Below, piece by piece: positions 49,759-63,174 of a stretch of 64,000 nt of DNA. The position numbers and the translations under genes were made by a program. Source of the DNA: Alphaproteobacteria bacterium (GTDB taxonomy: Bacteria > Pseudomonadota > Alphaproteobacteria > MPNO01); NCBI GenBank assembly GCA_965248835.1, contig CBDFLJ010000001.1, forward strand, positions 1-64,000, read 5' to 3'. Numbering within the stretch: position 1 is the stretch's first letter; every line of letters starts with the position of its first letter. The notes beneath the pieces are model-generated. The model saw nothing but the letters and a program-made list of their open reading frames with translations. It had not been told where the DNA came from and ran no database searches.

Positions 49759-50757
49759 TTGGACACTCTGTTGAGCGCATTGCGTGCCGTCGCCGAGCCG
49801 ACCCGGCTGAGGCTGTTGGCGGCCTGCGCGCAGGGCGAGATGACGGTCAGCGAGCTTACGACGATTCTCGGCCAAAGCCAGCCTCGGATCTCGCGTCATC
49901 TCAAGGTGATGTGCGATGCCGGCCTGCTCGAGCGGTTCCGCGAGGGATCCTGGGTATTCTACCGCCTGGTCGAGCCGCGCACCGGCCCCGCCGGGGCACT
50001 CGCCAAGGACGTGCTGGCCCTGATCCCCGAGGATGCGGCGGGCCTCGCGCGCGACCGGATGCGCATTGCCCAGATCAAGGATGCCCGCGCGGCCCGCGCC
50101 GCGGCCTATTTCCGCGCCAATGCCGCGCAATGGGACGGCATTCGCTCGATGCATATCGACGAGCATGTCGTGGAGCGGGCGCTGCAGGAAGCGTTGCCTG
50201 CGGATCGCATCGAGGACCTGCTGGATATCGGGACCGGGACCGGAAGGATTCTGGAGCTGCTCGGGCCCAGGATCGGCTACGGCGTCGGCATCGATCTGTC
50301 GCGTGCAATGCTTGCGGTCGCGCGCGCCAATCTCGAAGCGCGCGCGCTGACCAACTGCCAGGTGCGCCAGGGCGACATGTACGACCTGCCGTGGGACGAT
50401 GCCCGTTTCGATGCGGTGACCATCCATCAGGTGCTGCATTTCGCGGACGACCCGGCGGCCGCGATCGCCGAGGCCGCGCGGGTGCTGCGCGTGGGCGGCC
50501 GGATCGCTATCGTCGATTTCACGCCGCACGACCGCGAGGAGTTGCGGATCGAGCACGCCCACCGCCGTCTGGGCTTCGGCGACGAGGAAGTCGCGGACTG
50601 GTTTCGCGCCGCCGGGCTGCGGCTGGACAGCATCCGCCATCTGGCCGGCGATCCGCTGACGGTCGGCCTGTGGGCGGCCGGCCGGGACGTCGATGCCGGG
50701 CGGGCCGGCGTGGGCGCGACCGCGGCCGCAAGCCCCGCCTTGGCAGCCTCCCCATGA
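49759..50757 (+). CDS. sahR: ArsR-HTH / SAM-binding methyltransferase-fold regulator (SahR)
   Basis: EPTRLRLL...QSQPRISRHLK...REGSWVFY plus LDIGTGTG; leads metF-metH. TTG start inferred. Confidence 0.85.
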   Translation: MDTLLSALRAVAEPTRLRLLAACAQGEMTVSELTTILGQSQPRISRHLKVMCDAGLLERFREGSWVFYRLVEPRTGPAGALAKDVLALIPEDAAGLARDRMRIAQIKDARAARAAAYFRANAAQWDGIRSMHIDEHVVERALQEALPADRIEDLLDIGTGTGRILELLGPRIGYGVGIDLSRAMLAVARANLEARALTNCQVRQGDMYDLPWDDARFDAVTIHQVLHFADDPAAAIAEAARVLRVGGRIAIVDFTPHDREELRIEHAHRRLGFGDEEVADWFRAAGLRLDSIRHLAGDPLTVGLWAAGRDVDAGRAGVGATAAASPALAASP

Positions 50758-51697
50758 CCGGGCGTGGCCCGACCCCTTCGGCGCCGCTGACGCTGCCCAG
50801 CCCGCCCGGAAGCGGCAAGAACCTCAAGGTCTCCTTCGAGTTCTTCCCGCCCAAGAACGACAAGGCGGAGGCCGCCCTTTGGGACTCGATCGCCAGGCTG
50901 GAATCGCTGCGGCCGCGTTTCGTCTCGGTGACCTACGGCGCCGGCGGCTCGACCCGCGACCGGACCCACCAGACCGTCACCCGCATCCAAAGCCAGACCC
51001 CTCTTCAGGCCGCGGCGCATCTGACCTGCGTCGCCGCGACCCGGGATGAGGTCGACGACGTGGCCCGCCGCTATTGGCAAGCCGGCATCCGCCATATCGT
51101 TGCTCTGCGCGGCGATCCGCCGGAAGGCGAGGCCGGCTACCGGCCGCACGACAACGGCTATGCCTATGCCGCCGATCTCGTCGGCGGTCTGAAGCGCATC
51201 GCCGATTTCGAGATCAGCGTGGCCGCCTATCCGGAAACCCATCCCGAGGCGCCGACCGCCGAGGCCGACATCGACAACCTCAAGCGCAAGATCGATGCCG
51301 GGGCGAGCCGGGCGATCACCCAGTACTTTTTCGACATCGAGGTGTATTTGCGGTTCATCGACCGGGTGCGCGCGGCCGGCGTCAGCCTGCCGATCGTTCC
51401 GGGGATTCTGCCGGTGACCAACTTCGCCCAGATCGTGCGCTTCAGCGCGATGTGCGGCGCTTCGGTGCCGGATTGGATGGCCGATCTCTTCGACGGCCTG
51501 GACGAGGATCCGGAGACCCGCAAGCTCGTCGCGGCGACGATCGCGGCCGAGCAATGCCGCCTGCTGCAGGCCAATGGCGTGGACGAGTTCCATTTCTACA
51601 CCCTCAACCGCGCGGACCTGGTCTACGCGATCGCCCACATCCTGGGGATGCGGCCGGTACATGGCACGCAAGCCCCGGCCGTCAGAGAGTCAGGCTG

Positions 51698-51698
<1 letters not shown>
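50754..51698 (+). CDS. metF: 5,10-methylenetetrahydrofolate reductase
   Basis: [41 protein letters not shown]. Confidence 0.97.
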
Positions 51699-55450
<3,752 letters not shown>

Positions 55451-55497
55451 TACAGCGATGACCGCCGCCGGTTTCGTGCCCCCGGTGCCGCAAAGCG

Positions 55498-56904
55498 ATG
55501 CCGGTTAGAGCCAGGCCCGACATGGCCGCGTTCTTCGGCCCGCGCAGCGTCGCGGTGATTGGCGCCTCCCAGACCGAGCGCCGTCCGGGCCGGGTGGTGA
55601 TCGAGAACATGCGGGCCAACGGGTTCGCCGGCCCCATCCATCTCGTCAACCCGCGCGGCGGGACGATCCTGGGGCTGGAGGCACGCAAATCCATCGACTC
55701 GCTGCCGGAGGGCATCGATCTTGCGATCATCATCCTGCCGGCAGCGGCGACGCCGGACGCCCTGCGCGCGTGCGCGGCGCGCGGCATCCGCGCGGCTGTC
55801 CTGGTCGCCGGCGGGTTCGCCGAAGTCGATCAGGACGGCGAGACGCTCCAGGCCGCGATCGCCGCCGTGGTCGAAGAGACCGGCATCGGCGTGCTTGGCC
55901 CCAACACCGCCGGACACATCTCCACGCCGGACGATTTCACGTCGAGCTTCTTCCCCCTCGGCAGGGTTCCACGCGGGCCCATCTCCTATATCGCCCAGAC
56001 CGGCAACTTCACCGGCGCGATGATGCGCCACATCATGACGGCGGAGAATTACGGCGTCGCCCGGACGATCGGGCTGGGGAACACCGTGGACATCGACGAG
56101 ACCGACGTGCTCGAATTCCTGGCCGAGGATCCGGAGACAGAGGCGGTCTTCCTCTACCTGGAAAGCCTCAAACGGCCTGCCGCCTTCCTGAAGGCCGCCG
56201 CCGGGCTGACCCGACGCAAGCCGGTCGTGATGCTCAAGGGCGGCGCCTCCGCCGAGGGCGCGCGGGCGGCTTTGTCCCATACCGCCTCTATGGGCTCCGA
56301 CGACCGCATCCTCGACGGCGCGCTGCGGCAGGCCGGCATCGTGCGGATCGGCGAGTTCTCCGATCTCTTCCTCGCCGCCAAGGCGATCTCGGCCTCCGGG
56401 CTGCCGGCGGGCAACCGGGTCGGCTTCGTCTCGCCCTCGGGCGCCTTCATCGTCCATATCAGCGATCTGTGCCGGGCCGGGCTCGACATCGCCTTCCCGG
56501 CGCTCGCCGGGCCGACCATGGACCGGTTGCGCGACATCAGCCCGCCCTTCATCAGCCTTGCCAACCCGGTCGACGTCTTTCCCAGCGCCACCGTGCACGG
56601 CATGGCGTTCGCCTACCGCGAGGCGATCGAGGCGGTGATCGCCGACGGCAACGTCGATGCGGTCGTCACCATCCTGATCCTCGCCGAGGCGCTCGGCATT
56701 CCGGACCTGGCGTTCCTGGTCGAGATCGCCGCACGGCATCCCGCCAAGCCGGTCCTGGTGTCGTTCTCGGGCGATCACGCGGCGAACGAGGCGGCCAAGG
56801 CCTTCCTCGAGCCGCGCGGGATTGCCACATTCCCCCGCATCGAGGATCCCTTCAAGGTGCTCGACATTCTTGTCCGGTGCCGCCGGGCGATGGAGCGAGA
56901 CTGA
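55498..56904 (+). CDS. Acyl-CoA synthetase (NDP-forming) alpha-type, CoA-binding protein
   Basis: PRSVAVIGAS, GGFAE, LGPNT, ALSHTASM (phospho-His), NPVD; no ATP-grasp domain. Confidence 0.85.
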   Translation: MPVRARPDMAAFFGPRSVAVIGASQTERRPGRVVIENMRANGFAGPIHLVNPRGGTILGLEARKSIDSLPEGIDLAIIILPAAATPDALRACAARGIRAAVLVAGGFAEVDQDGETLQAAIAAVVEETGIGVLGPNTAGHISTPDDFTSSFFPLGRVPRGPISYIAQTGNFTGAMMRHIMTAENYGVARTIGLGNTVDIDETDVLEFLAEDPETEAVFLYLESLKRPAAFLKAAAGLTRRKPVVMLKGGASAEGARAALSHTASMGSDDRILDGALRQAGIVRIGEFSDLFLAAKAISASGLPAGNRVGFVSPSGAFIVHISDLCRAGLDIAFPALAGPTMDRLRDISPPFISLANPVDVFPSATVHGMAFAYREAIEAVIADGNVDAVVTILILAEALGIPDLAFLVEIAARHPAKPVLVSFSGDHAANEAAKAFLEPRGIATFPRIEDPFKVLDILVRCRRAMERD

Positions 56905-56907
56905 ACG

Positions 56908-57396
56908 ATGAGCGACGGCCCGATCGAGACCCTGCGCGAGACCGTGCGCGCCGAATGGACCGATTACAACGGCCACATGAATCTCGCCTATTTCGTTCTG
57001 ATCTTCGACTACGCAACCGACGGGCTCTACCCGCTGATCGGGCTGGGCCCGGACTATCGTGACCGCACCGACTGCTCGACGTTTACGGTGGAGACCCATA
57101 CCAACTACCTGTCCGAGCTGGTGGCGGGTCAGGAGGTCATCTGCACCACCCAGCTCCTCGGCTTCGACGACAAGCGCATACACTACTTCCACCGCATGCT
57201 CGAAGCCCGGACCGGCGCCTTGTCGGCAACTACCGAACAGATGGCCGTTCACGTCGATCTCGCGACGCGGCGGGTCTGCCCGATGCCGGAGGACGTCCAG
57301 GACCGGCTGGCAAAAATCTTTCTCGCCCATGCCGGGCTGGCGCGGCCTGCACAAATCGGCCATGCGATGCGCCTGGGCAGCCGCAGGGTGAATTAG
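56908..57396 (+). CDS. Hotdog-fold acyl-CoA thioesterase
   Basis: EWTDYNGHMN, FTVETH, DDKRIH. Confidence 0.88.
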   Translation: MSDGPIETLRETVRAEWTDYNGHMNLAYFVLIFDYATDGLYPLIGLGPDYRDRTDCSTFTVETHTNYLSELVAGQEVICTTQLLGFDDKRIHYFHRMLEARTGALSATTEQMAVHVDLATRRVCPMPEDVQDRLAKIFLAHAGLARPAQIGHAMRLGSRRVN

Positions 57397-57436
57397 GGCT
57401 TTGCCAAACCGCGCCTGCCGGGCTACACCTTTGGGC

Positions 57437-57940
57437 ATGGTCGCGAGGGCAATTGTTGCTCTAAGCGCGTTCTTGGGCGTGATCGGCGTCGGGGGGGCGG
57501 CGCTTGCCGAATGCACTGACCCGGGCGAGCCCGGCGTCAACTGGCGCCGCTGTATATTCGACCGTCAAGAACTGCGCGAGCTCGACCTCAGCAGATCGCA
57601 TCTGCGCGATGCCTCGTTCACGCGTGCCGATCTGTCCAAGACCAACCTCACGGGGACGAACGCCTTTCGCGCGAAATTCTTGAGCGCGCGGCTGATCGAC
57701 GCGAAATTCGACGGCGCCCGGCTGGTCGAGACCGATTTCACCAAGGCCGACCTGTCCGGCGCTTCGCTCCGCATGGCCGATCTGCGGCGGGCGCGCCTGT
57801 TCCGGGCGGTGCTGCGCGGCGCCGATCTGACCGGCGCCAAGCTGCGCGGCGCGGACCTGCTCAACGCCGACTTGACCGGCGCGACCTGGGTCGACGGCAA
57901 GAAGATCTGCGCCGACGGATCGATCGGCAAGTGCCAATAG
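57437..57940 (+). CDS. Exported pentapeptide-repeat protein
   Basis: Signal peptide, A(D/N)Lxx repeats, Cys-containing caps, ATWVDGKKIC. Confidence 0.9.
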   Translation: MVARAIVALSAFLGVIGVGGAALAECTDPGEPGVNWRRCIFDRQELRELDLSRSHLRDASFTRADLSKTNLTGTNAFRAKFLSARLIDAKFDGARLVETDFTKADLSGASLRMADLRRARLFRAVLRGADLTGAKLRGADLLNADLTGATWVDGKKICADGSIGKCQ

Positions 57941-57974
57941 CCCACCGGTCGTCGGAGGTGGCGATCGGCCACAG

Positions 57975-59759
57975 ATGAGCGAGACGCCTGCAGCCCGAGC
58001 ACCGCACGAGACGAGCCCCGGCGGCCCGCTCCTCCGGCTGATGCGCGCGCGGCCCTTGGTGACGCTGGTCCTGGCCCTGCTGATCGGGCTGGCCGGGGCC
58101 TACGGTGCGATCCTCTTCCGGGAAATCTACCTGCTGTTCCAGACCCTCGCCTTCGGCACCGGCGAGGACCAACTCTATTCCCATATCGCGGGGCTGCCAG
58201 CCTGGCAAATCGTCGCCGCGCCGACGCTGGGCGGGCTGGCGGTCGGGCTTTTCGTCCACTTTGTCCTGCCGGGCAAGCGCCCGCAAGGCGTTGCCGACGT
58301 GATGGAGTCCGCGGCGCTGCGCACCGGCAGGATGGACTGGCGGGCGTGGATCGGCAGCGCGCTGGTCAGCGCCGCCTCGATCGGTTCGGGCGCCTCGGTC
58401 GGCCGCGAGGGCCCGGTGGTCCACCTCGGCGCGGGCATCGCCTCGCTGGTCGCAACCCGGCTGAGGCTGGGCCGCGCCCAGTGCGTGACGATGCTGGGCT
58501 GCGGCGTCGCCGCGGCCATCTCGGCCTCGTTCAACGCGCCGATCGCCGGGGTTTTTTTCGCGCTCGAGGTCGTCATCGGCCATTACGCGCTGTCCGCCTT
58601 CGCACCGATCGTCATCGCCGCGGTGGCCGGGGCGATCGTCACCCGGAGCCATTTCGGCGATCATCCGGCGTTCATCATCCCCGATCATTCGATCACCTCG
58701 TTCTTCGAGTTCCCGGCCTTCGCGATCCTCGGCATCGCCAGCGCCCTGGTCGCGATCATGTTCCTGCGCAGCGTCGCGCTGACCCGCACGGTGGCGCTGA
58801 TGGTCCCGGGACCGGAATGGGTGCGCCCGGCCGTCGGCGGGTTGCTGGTCGGGCTGATCGCGCTGATCTTTCCCAACGTGCTCGGCGTCGGCTACGGCTC
58901 GACCGATGCGGCGCTGCGGGAGCTGCTGCCGTTCTGGACCCTGGTCGGGCTGATCCTCGCCAAGACCGCAGCAACCGCGATCTGCCTGGGCTCCGGGTTC
59001 GGCGGCGGGGTGTTCAGCCCATCGCTCTTCCTCGGCGCGATGCTTGGCGGCGCCTTCGGGGTCGTCGCCAACGCGTTCTTCCCCGAGCACACCTCGGCGT
59101 TGGGCGCCTACACGCTGGTCGGCATGGGGGCGGTCGCGGGCTGCGTCCTCGGCGCGCCGATCTCGACCATCCTGATCGTCTTCGAGCTGACCGGCGAATA
59201 CGAGATCACCATCGCCGTGATGGTCGCCGTCGTGGTCGCCTCGCTGATCACCCAGGGTATCGGGAGCAAGTCGTTCTTCCACTGGCAGCTTGACCTGCGC
59301 GGCATTTCGCTCAAGGGCGGGCTCGAGCAGGGCCATCTGAGCGCCTTGAAGGTGCGCGATCTGATGAGTGGAGCATTCGCCACCCTGCCGCGCGATGCGA
59401 CCATGGCCCGGATCCGCGAAGCCCTTCTGGAGGCGCCCTATGGCGAGCTGTTCGTGACCGGCGACGATGGCCGGCTGCACGGCACGATTACCTTGGCCGA
59501 GCTGTCGCACAGCGCCTTCGACACCACCAACGATCCGCTGTTGCGCGCCCTGGACGTTGCCCGCATGAACCCGCCGGTGGTCAATCCGGGGGACGATCTG
59601 CAATCGGTACTGGCCCGGATGATGGAAGCCGGCGAGGAACATCTCGGCGTGGTCGATGACGCCGGCAAGCTGGTCGGCTTCGTCCACGAGGTCGACGTCA
59701 TGCTCGCCTACAACCGCGCGCTCATGCAGGCCCGCCGCGAGGAGCGTGGCGAGGATTGA
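57975..59759 (+). CDS. ClC chloride channel/transporter with CBS domains
   Basis: GREGP, FNAPIAG..FALE, GGVFSP, C-terminal CBS pair. Confidence 0.93.
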   Translation: MSETPAARAPHETSPGGPLLRLMRARPLVTLVLALLIGLAGAYGAILFREIYLLFQTLAFGTGEDQLYSHIAGLPAWQIVAAPTLGGLAVGLFVHFVLPGKRPQGVADVMESAALRTGRMDWRAWIGSALVSAASIGSGASVGREGPVVHLGAGIASLVATRLRLGRAQCVTMLGCGVAAAISASFNAPIAGVFFALEVVIGHYALSAFAPIVIAAVAGAIVTRSHFGDHPAFIIPDHSITSFFEFPAFAILGIASALVAIMFLRSVALTRTVALMVPGPEWVRPAVGGLLVGLIALIFPNVLGVGYGSTDAALRELLPFWTLVGLILAKTAATAICLGSGFGGGVFSPSLFLGAMLGGAFGVVANAFFPEHTSALGAYTLVGMGAVAGCVLGAPISTILIVFELTGEYEITIAVMVAVVVASLITQGIGSKSFFHWQLDLRGISLKGGLEQGHLSALKVRDLMSGAFATLPRDATMARIREALLEAPYGELFVTGDDGRLHGTITLAELSHSAFDTTNDPLLRALDVARMNPPVVNPGDDLQSVLARMMEAGEEHLGVVDDAGKLVGFVHEVDVMLAYNRALMQARREERGED

Positions 59760-59775
59760 CCAGGCCCGCCTCGGA

Positions 59776-60768
59776 TCAATAGCTGCGCGGGGCGATAAAC
59801 CAGTCCTGGCGGTCGATCGAGCGGATGGTGACATCGGCCGGCTCGTTTCCGCGCAGCATCCTCAGCGGAACATCGATCCCGGCACTGCCCAGCGACCACA
59901 GCGCGCGATAGTACTCCGGCAATGTCGAGACCGGCCTGCCGGCAATGCCCAGCACCAGATCGCCGGGCTTCACCCCGGCCCTGTCCGCCGGGCCGCCGGG
60001 CGGCACCCGGGCGACGAACAGCCGGCCGTGCAGCGCCTGCGGGTAGAGCCCGAGCCACGGCCGAACGGGACGGCTCGACCGGCCGTTGGCAATCAGATCG
60101 CCCAGCACCGGTTTCAGAGCGTCGATCGGCACGAACATGTTGCCGGGCAGCGAGACCCCCGGCTCGACGGCATCGGGAACTATCAACGATCCGATGCCGA
60201 CCAGCCTGCCCCCCTGGTCGACCAGCGCGGCGCCGCCGAACAACGGGTGGGCCGGCGCGGTGAAGATCGCTCCGTCGAGCATGTATTCCCACCAGCCGGC
60301 GAATTCCCGGCGGGCGACGACATAGGCCCCGAGCGCCGCGCGGTCGCCGCCAAAGCTCGCGGCCAGCACCGGGCTGCCGCGCTTCAAGGCGCCCGATTCG
60401 CCGAGCGGGATCGGCTTCACCCCGAGCGGCCGATCGGCACGGATTAGACCGAAACCGGTCTCGTGGTCGTAGGCGACAAAGGAAGCGCTCACGGTGCGGA
60501 CGCCGCCCACGGTCAACTCGATCCTGGAGGCTTCGAGCACCAGGTAGCCGATGGTCAGGACTAACCCGCTGTCGTCGATGACCACGCCGCTGCCTTGGCG
60601 TTCGGTGCCGAGGCCACGCGCGGTGCGCGCCTCGGCCGGCACCTCGCTGCGGAGCTGGACGATGGCCGAGAGCAGGTCGTCGTCAGCCGCCCGGACGACG
60701 CTCGGCATCAGCACCGTCGCCAGCAGGCCTGCCAGGATCATCCGGTGGGCGCGACAACTCGACCGCAT
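59776..60768 (-). CDS. Trypsin-like (S1C) fold plus PDZ protein, catalytic triad degenerate
   Basis: GSGVVID..GLVLTIGYLV, FGGAALVD..G.LVGI, RPWLG...GPADRAG PDZ. Confidence 0.85.
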   Translation of the reverse strand: MRSSCRAHRMILAGLLATVLMPSVVRAADDDLLSAIVQLRSEVPAEARTARGLGTERQGSGVVIDDSGLVLTIGYLVLEASRIELTVGGVRTVSASFVAYDHETGFGLIRADRPLGVKPIPLGESGALKRGSPVLAASFGGDRAALGAYVVARREFAGWWEYMLDGAIFTAPAHPLFGGAALVDQGGRLVGIGSLIVPDAVEPGVSLPGNMFVPIDALKPVLGDLIANGRSSRPVRPWLGLYPQALHGRLFVARVPPGGPADRAGVKPGDLVLGIAGRPVSTLPEYYRALWSLGSAGIDVPLRMLRGNEPADVTIRSIDRQDWFIAPRSY

Positions 60769-60909
60769 GAGACATCTCCGATCAACGGCGCGTAAGACCT
60801 ATATGCAACGGACTTCGGCCGGGGACAACGGCTTGCGCGCCGAGCCACCGAATCGTGACCGGTGCAAATCCGTCTCCGGCGGTCGGGCCGCGCTGGTATA
60901 GTCCGGCGC

Positions 60910-63174
60910 ATGTCTGAGAGTCCCGCCCGAACCGATGCCGGCGCCGCGCCGGCCTATCTTGCCGCGCTGAACCAGCGCCAGCGCGAGGCGGTCGAGGCGA
61001 CCGAGGGACCGCTGCTGGTGCTTGCCGGGGCGGGCACCGGCAAGACCAGGGTGCTGACGACCCGGCTCGCCCATATCCTGATGACCGGCAAGGCTTGGCC
61101 CAGCCAGGTGCTGGCGGTCACGTTCACCAACAAGGCCGCCGGCGAGATGCGCAACCGGGTCGGCCGGCTGCTCGGCGACGCGGTTGAGGGGCTGTGGATC
61201 GGCACCTTCCACGCGATCGCCGCCCGCATGCTGCGGCGCCACGCCGAAGCCGTGGGCCTGCGGCCGGACTTCACGATCCTCGATGCCGATGACCAGGTGC
61301 GGCTGATCAAGCAGCTCCTGGAAGCCGCCGACATCGACCAGCACCGCTGGCCGGCGCGTTCGATCCATTCGGTGATCGAGCGGTTCAAGGACCGCGGCCT
61401 CGGCCCCGACCAGGTTTCTGCCGAGGCGGCGGGCGACTTGGCCGGCGGCCGTCTGATCGAGCTCTACGCCGCGTACCAGGACCGGCTGCGCACCGTGAAC
61501 GCCTGCGATTTCGGCGATCTGCTGCTGCATTGCTTGAGGGTGTTCGCTGCGGATGTGGAGATCCTCGCCGACTACCACCGACGGCTGCGCTATGTCCTTG
61601 TCGACGAGTATCAGGACACCAACCTTGCGCAATATCTGTGGTTGCGGCTGCTCGCCCAGAGCCGGCACAACATCTGCTGCGTCGGCGATGACGACCAGTC
61701 GATCTATAGTTGGCGGGGGGCGGAGGTCGGTAACATCCTGCGGTTCGAGACCGACTTTCCCGGCGCGCGGATCGTGCGGCTGGAGCAGAACTACCGCTCG
61801 ACGCCGGAGATCCTGGCCGGCGCTTCGGCGCTGATCGCCCATAACCGGGGCAGGCTCGGCAAGACCCTGTGGACCACCGGTCAGGCCGGCCCGCCGATCC
61901 GCATCCGCGGGGTGTGGGACGGCGAGACCGAGGCGCGGGTCGTCGCCGAGGAGATCGAGGCCATCCAGCGGCGCGGCGGGGCGCTGGGCGAGATCGCGGT
62001 GCTGGTTCGCGCGAGCTTCCAGATGCGCGAGTTCGAGGAGCGGTTCATCACCTTCGGCCTGCCCTACCGGGTGATCGGCGGCCCGCGCTTCTACGAGCGC
62101 CAGGAGATCCGCGACGCGCTGGCCTATCTGCGGCTGGTCCACCAGCCCGACGACGATCTCGCCTTCGAGCGGATCGTCAACCTGCCGCGCCGAGGGATCG
62201 GCGAGGCGACGCTGCGGACATGCCACCGCTTCGCCCGCACGGCCGGGGTGTCGCTGAGCGAAGCCGCGCGCCGGCTGGTCGAATCCGACGAGCTTGGCGG
62301 CCGCGCACGCAACGGGCTGCGCCGGTTCCTCGCCGACCTCGACCGCTGGCGAGTGCTGCCCGATGAGAACCATGTCGTCCTGGCCGGGCAGGTGCTCGAC
62401 GAATCGGGCTATACCGACATGTGGCGCAACGACCGCTCGGCCGATGCGCCGGGCCGGCTGGAGAATCTCAAGGAGCTGGTCTCGGCGCTGGCGGAGTTCG
62501 ACAACCTCGGCGGCTTCCTCGAGCATATCGGGCTGGTGATGGACCGCGACGCCGGCGCCGAAGGCGAGCTGGTCAGCCTGATGACGCTGCACGCCGCCAA
62601 GGGGCTCGAGTTCGACGACGTCTTCCTGCCGGGCTGGGAGGAGGAGGTCTTTCCCAACAAGCGCGCGGTCGAAGAGGGCGGCGGAGCGGCGCTGGAGGAG
62701 GAGCGCAGGCTGGCCTATGTCGGGCTCACGAGGGCGCGCAGGACGGTCACGGTGAGCTATGCCGCGAGCCGGCGGATCTTCAGCCAATGGGTCTCCTCGA
62801 TCCCCTCGCGCTTCGTCGACGAGCTGCCCGAGGATCAGGTGGACGTGGTGAGCGAGCCGGGCCTGTTCCGCGCCCGGCCGGGCTTCGGCCTGGACGACAG
62901 CCTCGACGGCGGGCTCGACCGGCCGATCCGCCCGGGCCGCGGCCCAGGCTACGCGCGGCTCAGACACGCAAAGCGCTCCGACATCGACATGCTGATCGAG
63001 GGTACCGCACGGCGGCTGGACGAGCCGGGCGCGTCGCTCGATGTCGGCGTGCGGGTCTTCCACCAGAAATTCGGTTACGGCACCATCCTCGCCGCCGAGG
63101 CCGGCAAGCTCGAGATCGATTTCGAGAAGGCCGGCACCAAGAAGGTCATGGAGAGCTTTGTCGAACGCGCCTGA
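60910..63174 (+). CDS. uvrD: UvrD/PcrA superfamily I DNA helicase
   Basis: AGAGTGKT, TFTNKAA, VDEYQD, VGDDDQSIY, QNYRS, TLHAAKGLEF, EERRLAYVG, HQKFGYG. Confidence 0.95.
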   Translation: MSESPARTDAGAAPAYLAALNQRQREAVEATEGPLLVLAGAGTGKTRVLTTRLAHILMTGKAWPSQVLAVTFTNKAAGEMRNRVGRLLGDAVEGLWIGTFHAIAARMLRRHAEAVGLRPDFTILDADDQVRLIKQLLEAADIDQHRWPARSIHSVIERFKDRGLGPDQVSAEAAGDLAGGRLIELYAAYQDRLRTVNACDFGDLLLHCLRVFAADVEILADYHRRLRYVLVDEYQDTNLAQYLWLRLLAQSRHNICCVGDDDQSIYSWRGAEVGNILRFETDFPGARIVRLEQNYRSTPEILAGASALIAHNRGRLGKTLWTTGQAGPPIRIRGVWDGETEARVVAEEIEAIQRRGGALGEIAVLVRASFQMREFEERFITFGLPYRVIGGPRFYERQEIRDALAYLRLVHQPDDDLAFERIVNLPRRGIGEATLRTCHRFARTAGVSLSEAARRLVESDELGGRARNGLRRFLADLDRWRVLPDENHVVLAGQVLDESGYTDMWRNDRSADAPGRLENLKELVSALAEFDNLGGFLEHIGLVMDRDAGAEGELVSLMTLHAAKGLEFDDVFLPGWEEEVFPNKRAVEEGGGAALEEERRLAYVGLTRARRTVTVSYAASRRIFSQWVSSIPSRFVDELPEDQVDVVSEPGLFRARPGFGLDDSLDGGLDRPIRPGRGPGYARLRHAKRSDIDMLIEGTARRLDEPGASLDVGVRVFHQKFGYGTILAAEAGKLEIDFEKAGTKKVMESFVERA

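Noticed and set aside
57590-57890. 15-nt periodic DNA repeats
   Set aside because: Explained by pentapeptide-repeat coding.
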